Positions 26,067 to 39,521 of a stretch of 64,000 bases of DNA are shown here, piece by piece; position 1 is the first letter of the stretch, and each line of letters opens with the position of its first letter. The notes under the pieces were generated by a model that had not been told where the DNA came from, made no database searches, and saw nothing but the letters and a program-made list of their open reading frames with translations. The DNA lies in the NCBI RefSeq assembly GCF_018977255.1, contig NW_024704743.1, positions 49,540,001 to 49,604,000 on the forward strand. Reading direction: 5' to 3'. Position numbers and translations under genes: made by a program. This stretch comes from Callorhinchus milii. Taxonomy: Eukaryota.

Positions 26067-27024
26067 GTATTTGGAGGAAAAAGTAGCAGCCAATTTGTGC
26101 ACAGTAATGTCCCACAAATAACCATCAAGTAAATGACCAAATTTATGTGGGGGGTTGTAGGCCAGGACACTGAGAGAAGCTCCCTTTTTCTAATTTGTAT
26201 CGTGTCACGATATCTTTAATGTCCACTTGAGCAGGCACCACAGTTTAATGTCTTATCTGAAGAAGTTACCTAGATTCGTGCGAATGTTTGGGGGCCACTG
26301 GTTGGCCACAATTGGCCTAAACTAAGAGCTCAAAGTCCTGACAGTGGGCTTCAACCCACAACCTTCTGATGCAGAGGTGAGAGGCATTCTTTAGGCTCTG
26401 ACAGGTCCAAAAGGTAGGAGTTTAGCGAATTCAGCTGCAAAATTGATAAGAAGGCCTTCGTGGCTCTCCATCCTTTGATTTGTGTGCTAAAGTGACTGGT
26501 TTAATTTGCACTGTCCTTTGAGAAAGTATGGAATGATAATTAAAATTTGCCTTGGGAAATTTAAGAAAGTTGCCAAGATAAGAACGTCTCCGTACAATGC
26601 AGAACCAGCACCTACTCATATGTTGTTTTTAGCCTTGAGGGTGGATGGACTAACCTAATCCTGGGACATGAAGAGCATTTTCAGACTTTCCTTGATGAAG
26701 GCCTGAAAACTGCTCTTGGAATGGAAAATCCAGCTATATTATATATAATATATGTGTGTCTGTCTGCAGTAGTTCACCTTCGCTTTGGTTTACTCTAGGG
26801 ACTTCTTCCTACCTCCACTGGCTTAGCAGCATTGACTACATCAAACAAACTGTTCTCTCTGTTAATGACTGCATTGTAATCACCATATCAGAAAATCTCA
26901 TAGCAGGAACCCAGAGAGCCTGCTGATAAAGTCCTTTCCTTATTTCTGCAAAATGTGTTTGAAGTAGCAAATTATCTTTTAAGTATCCACTCTGTTTCAT
27001 TCTCCATTAATATTTATATTGCAG

Positions 27025-27240
27025 GAATACCAGCGCTGCTTCCACAAAACTAAACAGAAGTTGGAACAGAACCCAGCAGAGAGACAGTTTGATTTCAGTG
27101 AGATGTACATTTTTGGCAAGTTTGACACATTTGAAAGGCGTCTGAACAAAATCCTAGATATGTTCAGCAGCATAACAACGTACTCTGCTCTCCAGGACTC
27201 CAAGATTGAAGGACTGGAAGTAATAGCTACCAAATTTCAG
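27025..27240 (+). CDS. DNAH5: DNAH5 exon 11 (EYQRCFHK...ATKFQ)
   Basis: ttgcag|...|gtactg; 216 nt. Confidence 0.94.
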
Positions 27241-28167
27241 GTACTGGTGTGGTTTAGTGCAGTGGAAGAGAAGTGTAAGGGATGGTGTCAAAGTTACAAT
27301 TAGAATCTCACTTCCATAAGCCAATATAAATTATATTATATATATTATACTGTAAATGGGACATGAGACTAAAGGTCAGATATGGTGCAGTGAAACAGCC
27401 TTTGTTATCTTTTTCTTTGTAGTTTCTCATTTATCCAACTGTCCTCAAAGTCACCGAACCAGTGCACTATCTTGGAGTCTGGGTTGATTCCCATCTATCC
27501 TTTATAGCTCACATTCAGTCCCTGAGCAGCTCCTCTTTTTTCAATCTCCAACACATTGCCTGCCCTGACCCTACCTCAATCTAAAGTCACAAAAACACTC
27601 CTGCCTTTGTCGCCTCCCACCTTGATATCTCAAATGCATTCCTTGCTGGTCTCCCCGGTACCACCATCCACAAGATCCAACTAATACAAAACTCTGCTGC
27701 AACCTGCACAGCTTTCAGAATCCTGGGATTTCGGTATTTTAATGCCCCACATCCCAGGATCCCAAATCTTACCTTGTCCAGGATGACTGAGGTCATTCTC
27801 TCCACCAGATTGGGGTACCTTACAGAGAGAGTACACTGTGAGACTGAAAATGGTAGTGACTGTACACGAACACATGTACAATCCTGGTTTTTACTTTTAA
27901 AATGCTTTATCGTGAAGCATCATAAGTGAAAATGTTTGTGTTTAATTATAACATGGGTTCTCAGTGCTGGACTGTTGCTTAGTGCATATAATATAACATT
28001 CATAATACAATTTATGACCCAGGAACCGGAAGCCAGCTAATTTTTTATCACACAAATTACAACCTCACTGTAACGTGGATGGGGATTTTATAGATCTTTC
28101 TAATGTTATAAAACTTTATACCAAGTATAACACTGCAGTTAATAATGTTAATTTTGATGTGTTTCAG

Positions 28168-28275
28168 AATATTGTGCTTAGTTTGAAAAAACAACAGTAC
28201 AACTTCCTAGACCAGAGGAAAACTGATTTTGACCAGGATTATGATGAGTTTTGCAAACAAGTAAAAGAGCTACAT
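28168..28275 (+). CDS. DNAH5: DNAH5 exon 12 (NIVLSLKK...VKELH)
   Basis: tttcag|...|gtgagt; 108 nt. Confidence 0.94.
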
Positions 28276-28405
28276 GTGAGTGTTCCTGCGTTACATGAAC
28301 AAAATTAAATAATTAGGAATAATAATTAGGAACCAATCTCTTTTGTTTTAACATATATTCAGGTGAATGTGTTCTGGTTATTTAGCTCCGTGGTTAGAGC
28401 ACTCA

Positions 28406-28780
28406 GAGTCTTGTAGTTTAGTGATTAGAGCACTCGCCTCGCAAGTGAAAGACCTGGGTTTGTTTCCCAGGCAGGACAAAACATTGGGCAAGTTTCCTTA
28501 CTCCACATGCCTCTGTTTACCTAGCAATAAGTAGGAACCTGGTTGTTAGTCGATTAGTGGGTCACTTTTCCAGGGGGCAATAATCCCTTCAAAAAAAATA
28601 AATATAATAATAAGTTGGTCACTCAATCCATGACCGTTTGTAGGATACTGCTGTGCACAATTGGCTGGCACGTTTCGCCCACAGAATATATACCGTCAAT
28701 CCACTTTACAGTATATTCTGTGCAGAGTTTGAGACATCTTGAAGATGTGATAAGGCGTTATATACAATTATTATTATGAT
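28406..28780 (+). mobile_element. Same SINE, long form (extra ~75-nt internal segment)
   Basis: Same head and tail plus cctctgtttacctagc...cacttttccagggg; partial head duplication at 28383-28404. Confidence 0.88.
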
Positions 28781-29623
28781 AAAAGTGGTCAGTGGGGCCA
28801 GTCAATAACAAGACAAACTCTGAGTGTGCCATCCTCCAGTCTGTTACAATAGTTGGGCCTAAAGATGATCATAGCCACTATTGGATGGGCTAGCCTGCCA
28901 GAACATGGATTACTGGATACCAATCTTAACTCAACAAACAAAATTCAAAGTTCTACAATAACTTTGGTATTCTGCAAAGGGCCATCTCTGGTCCACCAGC
29001 CAGCAAGTCCAACTTTGTCATAGGCAACTTTGGGCTCAACCATTTTGATGGTGTGGAGGGGGAGCAACTCATGCCTGGTTGTGTTGACTGCTTTTACAAA
29101 ATGACTTGTACTTGTAATTAAGTAATTATTAATGGATACTTAAGTGCACATGTGATGTTTTCAGTGGACATTGATTTGCACCTGGTTCATACAACTTGCA
29201 TTATAGGCCACATTTACCTCCATACTTTGGCTACAATTCCATTCACAAGAATTGCAAAAAACCTAATAATTGAGTTTATAGAAGTATTATAAATTAATTT
29301 AATGCCTGGTATGCACATTCTCTGTATATTTCCTTTATAATAATTCTTCCATTCAATATAACATCTTATCACATTGCTTCACAGGATTAACTGTAATGTG
29401 CGTTATTGTAATGTGTAGTGAGAATATATTTGTAGTTGAACACGGCAGCCAATTTGTGCATAGCAATGATCCACAAACAGCCATGAAGTGAATGACCAAT
29501 TTTATCTGGAGGATTTATTTTTCAATGCTAGAGCACAGGGTTCCTTTTTGGTTACAGATTTCTTTTAACATTTTAATGTGCACCGGCACTAACATTAAGT
29601 TTTAATGTTATTAACTCATACAG

Positions 29624-29709
29624 TCCCAACTAAGAACATTTACAGAAAACACCATTGAAAAAATTCAGAATACAGAGCGAGCCTTGACTGTGTTGAAAAA
29701 GTTTGAAAG
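29624..29709 (+). CDS. DNAH5: DNAH5 exon 13 (SQLRTFTENTIEKIQNTERALTVLKKFE)
   Basis: atacag|...|gtaatg; 86 nt. Confidence 0.92.
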
Positions 29710-31233
29710 GTAATGTAAAGCACAATCGTTCCTTTTTCTGTTAACAAATTCGGTTCAAATCATTTCAGGCATAAAACCTTTCTCCTTCATAAAATGACTT
29801 AATAAAATAAAACGTTGATATTTTTTGCTTCACTGTCTGATAAGCCAGACCAGCCAGCCTGGCTCATCAATAGGACTTGGAAAGGCTTGCCTGTTAGTGG
29901 GAGTAGGGATTTTTCCCACTCAGCTCCCCTTAACAAGGCAAGCCAAATCCATAATGGGTAAGGCGGTCCTAGCTGGACAAGTAGTAAGAAGCTTGCCAGA
30001 CTCTGTTTTCAATGGTAAGCTTTGTGGCATTACCTAGTTAAACTCCAGCAGTACTTCACAAACTGGGCTCTTGCCAGCCTGCATTTAATTCTCTCTGGAA
30101 TTAATAGCAGAATGCATCCCCCTGGGATGGGTAGGAGTGTGTATTCCATTCCAAACTTGGGAATTTCTATGTGTAGGTGGCTGGTTTGGATTCTCTTAAG
30201 CACAGTGACTGGTTTCCGCATATATCAGACATCCAGCTGACCAAAGAAAATGTGAAACTTTGTATTAAAAATTGCAGGATTACTTGTTTTTTTTAAAAAA
30301 TATATATTTTTTACAATAATAAAATTCTCGATGAACTCAATTTTAAAGCCGGGTTTGTAATATTTTTCTTGATGAATGTCCAGACCTTAAACTGTGAATT
30401 TTAATTTAATTGTGCACAAAGCATCTTTCCAGTGAATGTTTAATGTGAATCGAGCTTTGTGTCTGATTTAGTTTCCGAGGAAATAGTTGTCAGCTCATGT
30501 GTTAATCACACCTGAAGTCCACAGGGAATGTTGAATCTGAACCTGTCTTCTCTGTTTTTTCACATTGTGTTGAAATTTAAAAAGGGCATTTAGAAAACGG
30601 AAGAGCCTGTACTTTGTTCCTTTAGTTTCACAGTCCCAAAATGGTGTTCGCTCCCTTTATTGCTGTCACAAACTGCTTATATTTTCAGTGACCTATCCAC
30701 CAGTACACTCAAAGTCCTCTCATGCTATGCCCTGCCCATTATACCATTTGTCCTGTATTCCCTGTTTGTTTTCATTGCCTAATCTCTTCACTCTGTACTC
30801 ACTCATGTTAAATGACATTTGTCACTTTGCCTTTAAATTATTGATCTTTGCTCACTCTGCTCCCATGCATTTATCACATAAAATGGATAGTAGCAAAAAT
30901 TATTTGCTTTGAAGGAAAATGTTTTTATGTTGCCAAGTACATTTGATGCAACTAGATAAATACCTAAAAAGAAGTCAACTACAGGGGTATGGTGAAAAGG
31001 CAAATAATTGAGACGGAACGGATTGCTCTTAAGAGAGCCAGCACAGACAGGGTGGGCCGAATAGCCTTCTTCTTCTTAGAACTGTACATATCTATGGTTC
31101 TAAATGTCACAAAAATGCTTTTGCCATTTTTCTGCTTAAGCAGGAATAAGAGCATGACTGAGTGTACTTGATTGAAGCATCTGTTTGTCTTGTGTGGGGG
31201 CAATTGAAGCTTATTTTTATGCTATTTGTCTAG

Positions 31234-31555
31234 ACTTGGAGTGTCAGACCTAGGCGTGGATGAAAAGTACCAAAAGATCCTTCAGAACTATGGGCGGGAC
31301 ATTGAAATAGTGTCCAAGATTTATACCAAACAGAAAAACGACCCACCAGTTGCCCGGGACATGCCGCCAATAGCGGGGAAGATTTTGTGGGCGCGCCAAC
31401 TCTTCCATAAGGTCCAGGAGCCGATGGGACATTTCCAGCAGCAGTTGAGCATCCTGCAGACAGTGGATGCCAAACGCATCATTCGCAATTACAACAAAGT
31501 GGCAAAGGTCTTGCTGGAGTTTGAGATGCTGTACCACAGGGGCTGGCTGACACAG
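31234..31555 (+). CDS. DNAH5: DNAH5 exon 14 ([12 protein letters not shown]...[13 protein letters not shown]...WLTQ)
   Basis: gtctag|...|gtacgg; 322 nt. Confidence 0.95.
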
Positions 31556-31673
31556 GTACGGAAAGATTGTGACACAAGTTACAGGAAGCAAAGCACACTT
31601 TTCATCAAAAGTTTACTGCCATTTTGTCAGCTCAATTTGTTGTGTTATATTTCTTTCCATTTCGTTCCTCCAG

Positions 31674-31880
31674 ATTGAATTCACAAAAGCAGGGTTACAA
31701 GCATCGTTGTTAGTGAAAGCCCCAGAGACAGGAGAACTGTTTGTCAACTTTGATCCCCAAATTCTGACGTTGATACGTGAAACGGAATGCATGGCTAAAA
31801 TGGGTCTGGAAATTCCTCATTTTGCTAAAATGTTTCAGCAGAAGCAAGAGATGTTTAAGAAGAACTACAATAAGCTTCAG
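31674..31880 (+). CDS. DNAH5: DNAH5 exon 15 ([13 protein letters not shown]...NYNKLQ)
   Basis: ctccag|...|gtgaca; 207 nt. Confidence 0.94.
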
Positions 31881-32602
31881 GTGACAACTTAAATATATAT
31901 CTATTTTTGCATTACTTGCAAAAAGGGCACATCCTCGCTTCTTAATTCATATGTTACTTTAATTATTTTTGTTGGTTTTGATCGCTTATTAGTGTATCAA
32001 CTTGTGATATAAACACACCGAAGAGCCATGGAATACATTCTGCCAGCTCCTCGTACCTCTTTCTAAAACGCATTCATTGAATTACCAGGTCATCACAAAT
32101 ATATCGTACTCTATGCCATCCACGTATTTTCCATAAAGCGTCTTCTCTTTTGTGCTAATGTGAACTTTGTAGCAGCCAAGATTGGGATAATTTGTTCACA
32201 CAGGGAAATATGTTATAATTCATTTCTTTGGGTCCAAGAGATCAGAGCGTGTGTTATAAGCAAAGCGCGAAATAATGGCCAACTACTCGTGGTCAGATTC
32301 CTGCTGACGTCACTTCCTGCACGTACATGTATGTATATGTTACACTTATATCAATTCCTGCATGAATTGAATTCAGCAGTGATCTAACGACCTGCGCATT
32401 GGACATTTTTTGGTGTGGGAAGTTGGGTAGTCAGTGCTGGAAGCTGAGTGTACTGCAGGATACCTGTGCTATATGTAAAACGCTGCAATGGGGGGGCGGA
32501 GGGGAGGACTCCATAAAGGAGTTCTATGATATCCGTTCATTTAGCTGGAAAACAATCTATATGAAGGTAAAATATTGTCTTCCTTTTAACATACATTTTT
32601 AG

Positions 32603-32774
32603 ATGGCTTTATCAGAAAATAAAAGGGTGCGATCCAAAATCCAAAGTGCATTTGAACCACTGATGGGTCCTCATTTAGCCAAATTGGATAACGCCATTCA
32701 ACCAGGGTTGACATCTCTCAATTGGACTTCTCTGAACATGGATAAGTATCTGAATGGGATTTCTGTAGCTTTAG
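32603..32774 (+). CDS. DNAH5: DNAH5 exon 16 (MALSENKRV...ISVAL)
   Basis: ttttag|...|gtgagt; 172 nt. Confidence 0.94.
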
Positions 32775-33495
32775 GTGAGTTTAGAATTTGTTTTTTAACC
32801 GACGTGTTACCAAGAAATAAGAGCAGGGTCCAAATTGTGAGATTCAATGCAAGGATTATTATTATTATTATTATTATTCACAAAAGGATTTGAAAATCGT
32901 GAATTCCCAGATATCTTGCAATCTGATCCTCTGGCATGCCTCTCGGATGCTGATCTTACTTCTGAATTCCGAGAAGTGGATGTTGAAATCCACAATGAAT
33001 CCAGGATTTGCGATTTACAAATCTTGTTATTTAGATTCAGTATTTCTTTAGTCATGCTTTATACAGTCAAGCCCTATTATTACTCAGTGGTTTGGGTCCA
33101 TAAATTCTGTGTCAGTGATGGCTGACCTTATTGTGAAAGTTTTCACTGGTTGCCAAAATACCATTTGTACCGGGAGGTCTTCTGTATTTGTGCGCTATGA
33201 TCAGGAAGCTGACCAGTTAATGCTAGAAGCCTGAAGTGGACCGCACTAGTATACAATGGATCCTGTTACAAAAATTGACCCTTGTTGTAGTGAAGCTATA
33301 ATAGCATCTGACTGTAAAATGCTACTGAATTTCTGTAATGTGACAATACTTGCTAAACATTAAAAAGATCAAATTGCTCTCATTGGGGTGAGGCTAGAAT
33401 AGACATGATATTAGCTACTGGACTACCTTATTACAGTGAAATTCTGTTAAATAAATACTCAATTTGACAGCTAAAATGATTCAATAAACTGAACT

Positions 33496-34960
33496 ACAAC
33501 AACAAAATGACATTTGTGTAGCACCTTTCACATCAGGAGGATGTCCCAAGGTGCTGAACAGTCAGAGTTTCGGACCTGAGCTGGTGGTCAGGATCGGGGA
33601 GGTTGGAGGGCAGGGAGGGAAGCAGGGTGATCGAAAGCATGGTCGAAGAGGAGGGTCTTGAGATGGGGTCTTGAAGGAGGCAAAGGAGGGGGCAAGGCAG
33701 AAGGACTGCGTGATGGAGTTCCAGAGGGTGGGGGGAGAGTGACAGAAGGCCTTCCCGCCAATAGTGGGGCGAGCGAGGCGGGGGACGTGAAGCAGGCTGG
33801 AGCACACTGAGCGGAGAGAGCGGGCAGGAGGTAGAGGTTTAGGAGGTCACAGAGGTAGAGGGGAGCAAGACCATGGAGGGATTTGAAGGTGAGGACCAGG
33901 ATTTTGAACTGTATCCTCTGTGTGATGGGAAGCCAGTGGAATCGGGTGAGGATGGGGGTGATAGGGTTGAGGAGCCTGGTGCAGGACACTGCTGCAGAGT
34001 TCTGGATGATCTGCAGCCTATGGAGAGAAGAGTTGGGGAGGCCGACAAGCAAGGAATTTGCATTGTCGAGCCTCAATGTAATGAAAGCATAGTTGAAGGT
34101 CAAACAAGACGCCAAGATTCTGGACTGGCTTAGCAAGGTGAAGTGTGCATCCATGGATGGTGATGCTGTCAGTGCCTGACATGTGGAGGCGCTGACAGGA
34201 GCCAATGTCTGAACCAAGGAGTGGTCCTGGAGTCAAGGGTGGAGGCAGAGAGATACAGTTGGGTGTCATCTGCATACATGTGGAAGTTGACCCCATGTCT
34301 GCAGATTAGGTTACCAAAAGGTGGCATTTAGATATTGAAGAGGAGGGGACCAAGGACAGAGCCCTGAGGAACACTGAATGAGATGGTCCGGGGTCTAGAG
34401 CAGAATCCGTTTGTGGAGATGAAGTGGAGGTGGTGTGAGAGGTACAATCTGAAACATTCAAGGACAGAGCCGTAAAGGTTGGGGTGAGAGGAGAGGCGGT
34501 GGACAAAGACAGAGTGGTCGACGGTATTGAAGGCAGCAGAGAGGTCAAGGAGGATGAGGAGGCAGAGGGAGTCCTGGTCACGGATGGACAGAATGTAATT
34601 TATCACTTTGACCAGGGCTGTTTCTGCGCTGTGGGTGGCATGGAAACCTGATGGGAGGCGTTCGAGAAGGGAGTGGCGAGAGAGGAAGGAGGGAAGCTGG
34701 GAAGCAACAACTCGTTCCAGTACCTTGGAGAGGAAAGGGAGGTTAGAGATGGGGCGGTAGTTTGAGAGTAGAGATGGGTCCAGAGAGGGTTTTTTAAGGA
34801 TAGGAATGATGATGACCATTTTTATTGGGGTGGGAACAGTACCAGTGGACAGGGAGAAGTTTATGATGTCTGTGAGTAGAGGGGAAGGAGGTGGAGCTGG
34901 GAGGTAAGGAGAGGGGTAGGGATGGGGTTGAGGAAGCAGGTGGTCAGTTTCATGGGTATT
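33496..34960 (-). mobile_element. L2-clade LINE, RT region to 3' tail, with internal deletions
   Basis: PILKKPSLDP..NYRPISNLPFLSKVLER, LLDLSAAFNTVDH, VPQGSVLGPLLF. Confidence 0.93.
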
Positions 34961-36206
34961 ATAACCAGACTAAACATAAGAGGAGACTCATCTCCTAGAG
35001 TTCTAAATTCTATTCAATAAACTAAACTATTCATTTATCCTATATTCAATGAACTGAATTTCACTGTTACTCAATATGTGGAGTGATAAGTTGTATTCTT
35101 TTGATCATCTGGGATTCTGTTCCTTTTTTCTCTAATGGATTTGTTTTGTTCTACTTAATAATTTCTTTTCAAATAACCTTCAGATAAATAATAATAGGGG
35201 AGATGGGGGGTGGGGGGCGGAATTTTGAACTTCACAACTGTTTAATGTGATATTTATTGCTGTACAAAGACAGAAGTTGCTCATGTTTGGTGTTAATCAG
35301 TACATGGTCCTATGATGGCAGGGGAAATTGGAAATGTAATGACGTGTTACTCCAGTTACATAGAGCAACAACAATAACAAATTATATTTGTATAGTGCCT
35401 TTCAAGTCAGGTGAATGTCCCAAGTTGCTGGATCAGAACTAATTTAGAATATTGTGTTCTGTTTGGAGCAACTGAGATCTGTTACAAAGCGGCATAGCCT
35501 CAAATTCAGAATGAAGACATTTTAAACGGAGGCCAGGAAGCAAATCATCACACAGATGATTGTGAAGATGTGTTATGTTCTATTCCAGAAAGTTGTAGAG
35601 GTGGATTTGATAGGGATGTTAAAAGAATGACAGACAGACTCTTGGGTAGTAGAGGTGATAAGGTGAAAATATGGGAATTGGGATTAAAAGATTTGCCAAG
35701 AAATCATAAACTGATGGAACAGGCTTAATCGGCTAAATGGCCTCCTTCTGTTTCTGCTTTTCTGTGTTCCTGCACCTCTAAATTTAGAGTTTTATTTTAA
35801 CTTCTTTGTTTAATATTTATTCTCTAATCATGATCTAGCAAAGAAGGGAAAATCCATTTTTTTTTACCAATTGGGCCTAAGGATTGAACCTGTGACCTGT
35901 ACTTTATATTGCGTCTTTTACGTCGGGTCGGGGGACCCCCCAATACACTGGACTGTTGAGGGATTGCACCTGGTCTGGGGTTGGATTCGGGGGCTGTGGG
36001 GGCCAAGGTGGGTGGGGGCATCACCACCAAAGGTGCAGACATAGGGGAAGGTTTTGAGACAAACCTTAAAGGGAGCGAGGTGGAGGGACTCAGGGACGGA
36101 GTTCCAGAAAGTGGGAGCATATTATAGGAAATTAAGCACAGTGTTATATAATGTTTGATAATAACTGTTGATTCTATTTGCTTCACTTGTATCGGGCTTC
36201 CTGCAG

Positions 36207-36352
36207 ATGAACTTGAACTGCTGATAGATCGTGTGAACGATCTGATAGAGTTTCGCATTGATGCAGTACTTCAAGACATGAGCAGCACACAGCTCTGTAA
36301 ATTACCAGAAGGCGAATCTATTATGTGTGAAGAATTTTTGCAGATGACTAAG
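36207..36352 (+). CDS. DNAH5: DNAH5 exon 17 ([18 protein letters not shown]...LQMTK)
   Basis: ctgcag|...|gtgcgt; 146 nt. Confidence 0.94.
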
Positions 36353-37294
36353 GTGCGTTTGGTGCGCAGATACATTGATGATAAAGGGCAAAAGCATTCA
36401 CACTTGAGATGAAGAGTCCACATGCCCATGAGATTCATTTCCTCCAGTGTTTGCTAGTTTTAAAACTGCAGCATGTCTATTTGCTCTGCTTGTTCCCTTT
36501 AAGTGACTTAATTGCAGATCACAACAAGGGTTCAGACAAGAAAGACCTTTGGCCCGTTTAATCTCATCTTTCCTGAATGCCCATCCTAGAATCTTCCCAT
36601 TATAGCATCAAGCAGTTTCTTAAATGAGTCAAGTGTCCTGGCCTCAACCACCTTCCTGGCAACCTATTGTTCTACTAAAGTGGGTGAAAAAATGCTCCCG
36701 AGGAAAGCAGTGACATAATAATAATCTTTGCATGTGATATAGAGCCTTATCATGATGTTCAGACGTCTTGCAGAATATATAGTAAAAGTGGATTGACTGT
36801 GTTATTTTGTGTGTGAAACACTGGCACTGTTGGAAGAAACACTTTGCCACAAACTGACTTGTGAGATTTGGGATCTGACTGGAGATCTTCTTGCAGTTGA
36901 ATTCCCACGAGTTGGCATGATTCACAGAGGATTCCTTGCAAAACATTGCAAAGCACTTTTTCCAGCACTTGAGGTACCAGTAACAGCTCTTTTCTCAGGA
37001 GTGCTTTTTCAATTCCAGGTACTTATTGTTGTAAACGCTTAATCCACTGGTGTTGGTGGTGAAACAAAGATTCCTCTGCTTTAGGTAAAAATTATCTTTA
37101 AATTAAATTATGAAGTAATTAATCTTTGCAACTAGGAATCCAAAACAAAATTCACTACATTAAAATCAAACCTGGTTGAGGAAGCAGCTAATAAGATTTC
37201 AATTTTTTAAAATATAATTTCAGCACAATGTGCCAATATTACTTTGTCTGTCATTCTAAAAGAAAGAAGGAAAAACGTGTTGTTTTTTGGCATC

Positions 37295-37617
37295 AATAAT
37301 AATAATAATAATAATCCTTGCATTTGATATAGCGCTTTTCACGTCGGGAGGACGTCCCAAAGCGCTTCACAGAACACACTGTAAAGTGAATTGACTGTAT
37401 ATTTGTGGGCGAACGCGGCAGCCAATTGCGCACAGCAATGTCCCACAAACAGTCGTAGATTGAAAATGACCAATTTATTATTGTTTTGGGTTTTTGGAGG
37501 GATTATTATAAGGCGTGTGGAGTAAGGAAACTTGCCCAAGGTTTCGCCCTGCCTGGAATTGAACTCAGGTCTCTCGGTGGCAAAGCGAGTGCTCTAACCA
37601 CTGAGCTACAGGACTCC
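37295..37617 (-). mobile_element. Young SINE, short form, L2-type tail loop
   Basis: Reverse complement of SINE; long (AAT)n; CpGs largely intact. Confidence 0.9.
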
Positions 37618-38622
37618 ACTTCAAGTCTTTGCATTGTTAGCGGTGCCATCCTTCAGAATAGAAATTAAGCCGAGGTCCCATCTGCCTATTCAGGTGGACC
37701 TCAAAGATCCCATGGCGGTATTTGAACAGAGAAGGGATTTTCTCCCAATGTCCTGGTCAACAATCCCCCAGATAAAATTGGCCAGTTAACTTCATGGCTG
37801 TTTGTGGGACATTGCAATGTGCAAAAATGGCTGCCATGTTCATCTACAAAATAGTCACTCCACTTTGCAGTGAATACTGTGAAATGCTTGGAGACGTTTC
37901 ACCGGTATTGTAAGGCGCTAAATCAAATGTAAGAGTTATTAAAAGTATTTTTACAGTAAAACCTAAACCAAATCCATTGTATTGGTGAGTTGCTGTTGAC
38001 TTTGCATGATTTTAATACAGATCAGATTGAGCTCATCACTTTATATTTCTAGCTGTTTTTGGTTCTTGACCTGTCAGCTAACATTCCTGGAACAAACAAC
38101 TTGGGATCAGAGGTTCTAGGTTTGAAACACAGTAGGGCCATTTAGCCACTGCGTTCCTCCAGAGGCTGGAGGTTAAAATGAGTACCAAGACTCAAACTCT
38201 TTCTCCCCAACCTCTTTGTGAGGATGCCCATTAGAACTGCAGACCGTGTGCATTTGCAAGGTGTGTTTCCTCAAAGCCACTTCAATCTTGGGGAGACCCT
38301 GCGTGACTTTTCCCAAAGAATGGTTTGTCCCGCCGGGCCTGTCAGAGTGGAATCGGCACCAGGTTTGATTTTAATGTAGTGAATTTTGTTTTGGATTCCT
38401 AGTTGCAAAGATTGATTATTTTTCTTAAAAAAAACTCTTACAAAATTATTTTTTGGCCTCTTGCTGGAGTGAAACTATTAACTCTTTCTTCCACGGCTCA
38501 GCATTTTCCGAATCCCGGCTGCAAAATCAGGAGCCACAGTTTCCCAAAATGCTGTAGACAGAACACTTTTTATGCATTTGTGAATTCCAATGCGTCTCTC
38601 TTGTTTGACATGTTTGCGACAG

Positions 38623-38797
38623 GAATTGTGTGTGAAGGCTGCCCAAATGCTGCACTGTAAATGCTCTTTGGTTGAGGAAGCAGCTAATGAGCTTATAAAC
38701 ATGCTCTTGGATTTGGAGCCTCAGGGTAAAGAGAAGGAGGAAACGTTCAAAGATGGCACTGGAAGTGGGGAGCGCAAAGAAACTGATAAGAATGAAG
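38623..38797 (+). CDS. DNAH5: DNAH5 exon 18 ([24 protein letters not shown]...KNE)
   Basis: cgacag|...|gtaaga; 175 nt. Confidence 0.9.
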
Positions 38798-38854
38798 GTA
38801 AGAAAAAAAACAGCAGTAACGTTTGACAACCAGTTTGCAAGCATTGGGATGAAA

Positions 38855-39178
38855 AATAATAATAATAATAATAATAATCCTTGCATTTGATATAGCGCTT
38901 TTCACGTCGGGAGGACGTCCCAAAGTGCTTCACAGAACACACTGTAAAGTGAATTGACTGTATATGTGTGGGCGAACGCGGCAGCCAATTGCGCACAGCA
39001 ATGTCCCACAAACAGTCGTAGATTGAAAATGACCAATTTATTATTGTTTTTGGTTTTGGAGGGGTTATTATTAGGCGTGTGGAGTAAAGAAACTTGCCCA
39101 AGGTTTCGCCCTGCCTGGAATTGAACTCAGGTCTCTCACTTGCAAAGCGAGTGCTCTAACCACTGAGCTACAGGACTC
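38855..39178 (-). mobile_element. Young SINE, near-identical to 37295-37617
   Basis: Aligns end to end with few differences. Confidence 0.9.
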
Positions 39179-39521
39179 TGCAATGTGGCAATTGTCATTA
39201 GTGATTTTATTAAATTGTCAGAAATTCTGGCCTGTCAAATTGATCTGCTTTATCAAAATGGTTAGCACCAATGCCAGCCACAGTATCTGTTGAACTGGTC
39301 TCCAGAGCTATTGATCATGCTCCCACCCCCCCTGCTCCTCCCTGCCCTCCGAACGTTGATAATAATTTGGTCACTCAATCCACGACTGTTTGTGGAACAC
39401 TGCTATGCGTAATTGGATGCTGTGTTTCGCCCACAAAATACACAGTCAATTCACGTTATAGTAAATTCTGTGAAAAGCTTTGAGACGTTGCAATGACGTG
39501 ATACCAATTTGTGTTTCACAG

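Noticed and set aside
31250..31591. Minus-strand ORFs overlapping exons (also 26997, 45103, 50074, 50767, 58637)
   Set aside because: Antisense shadows of DNAH5 coding exons with no independent gene structure
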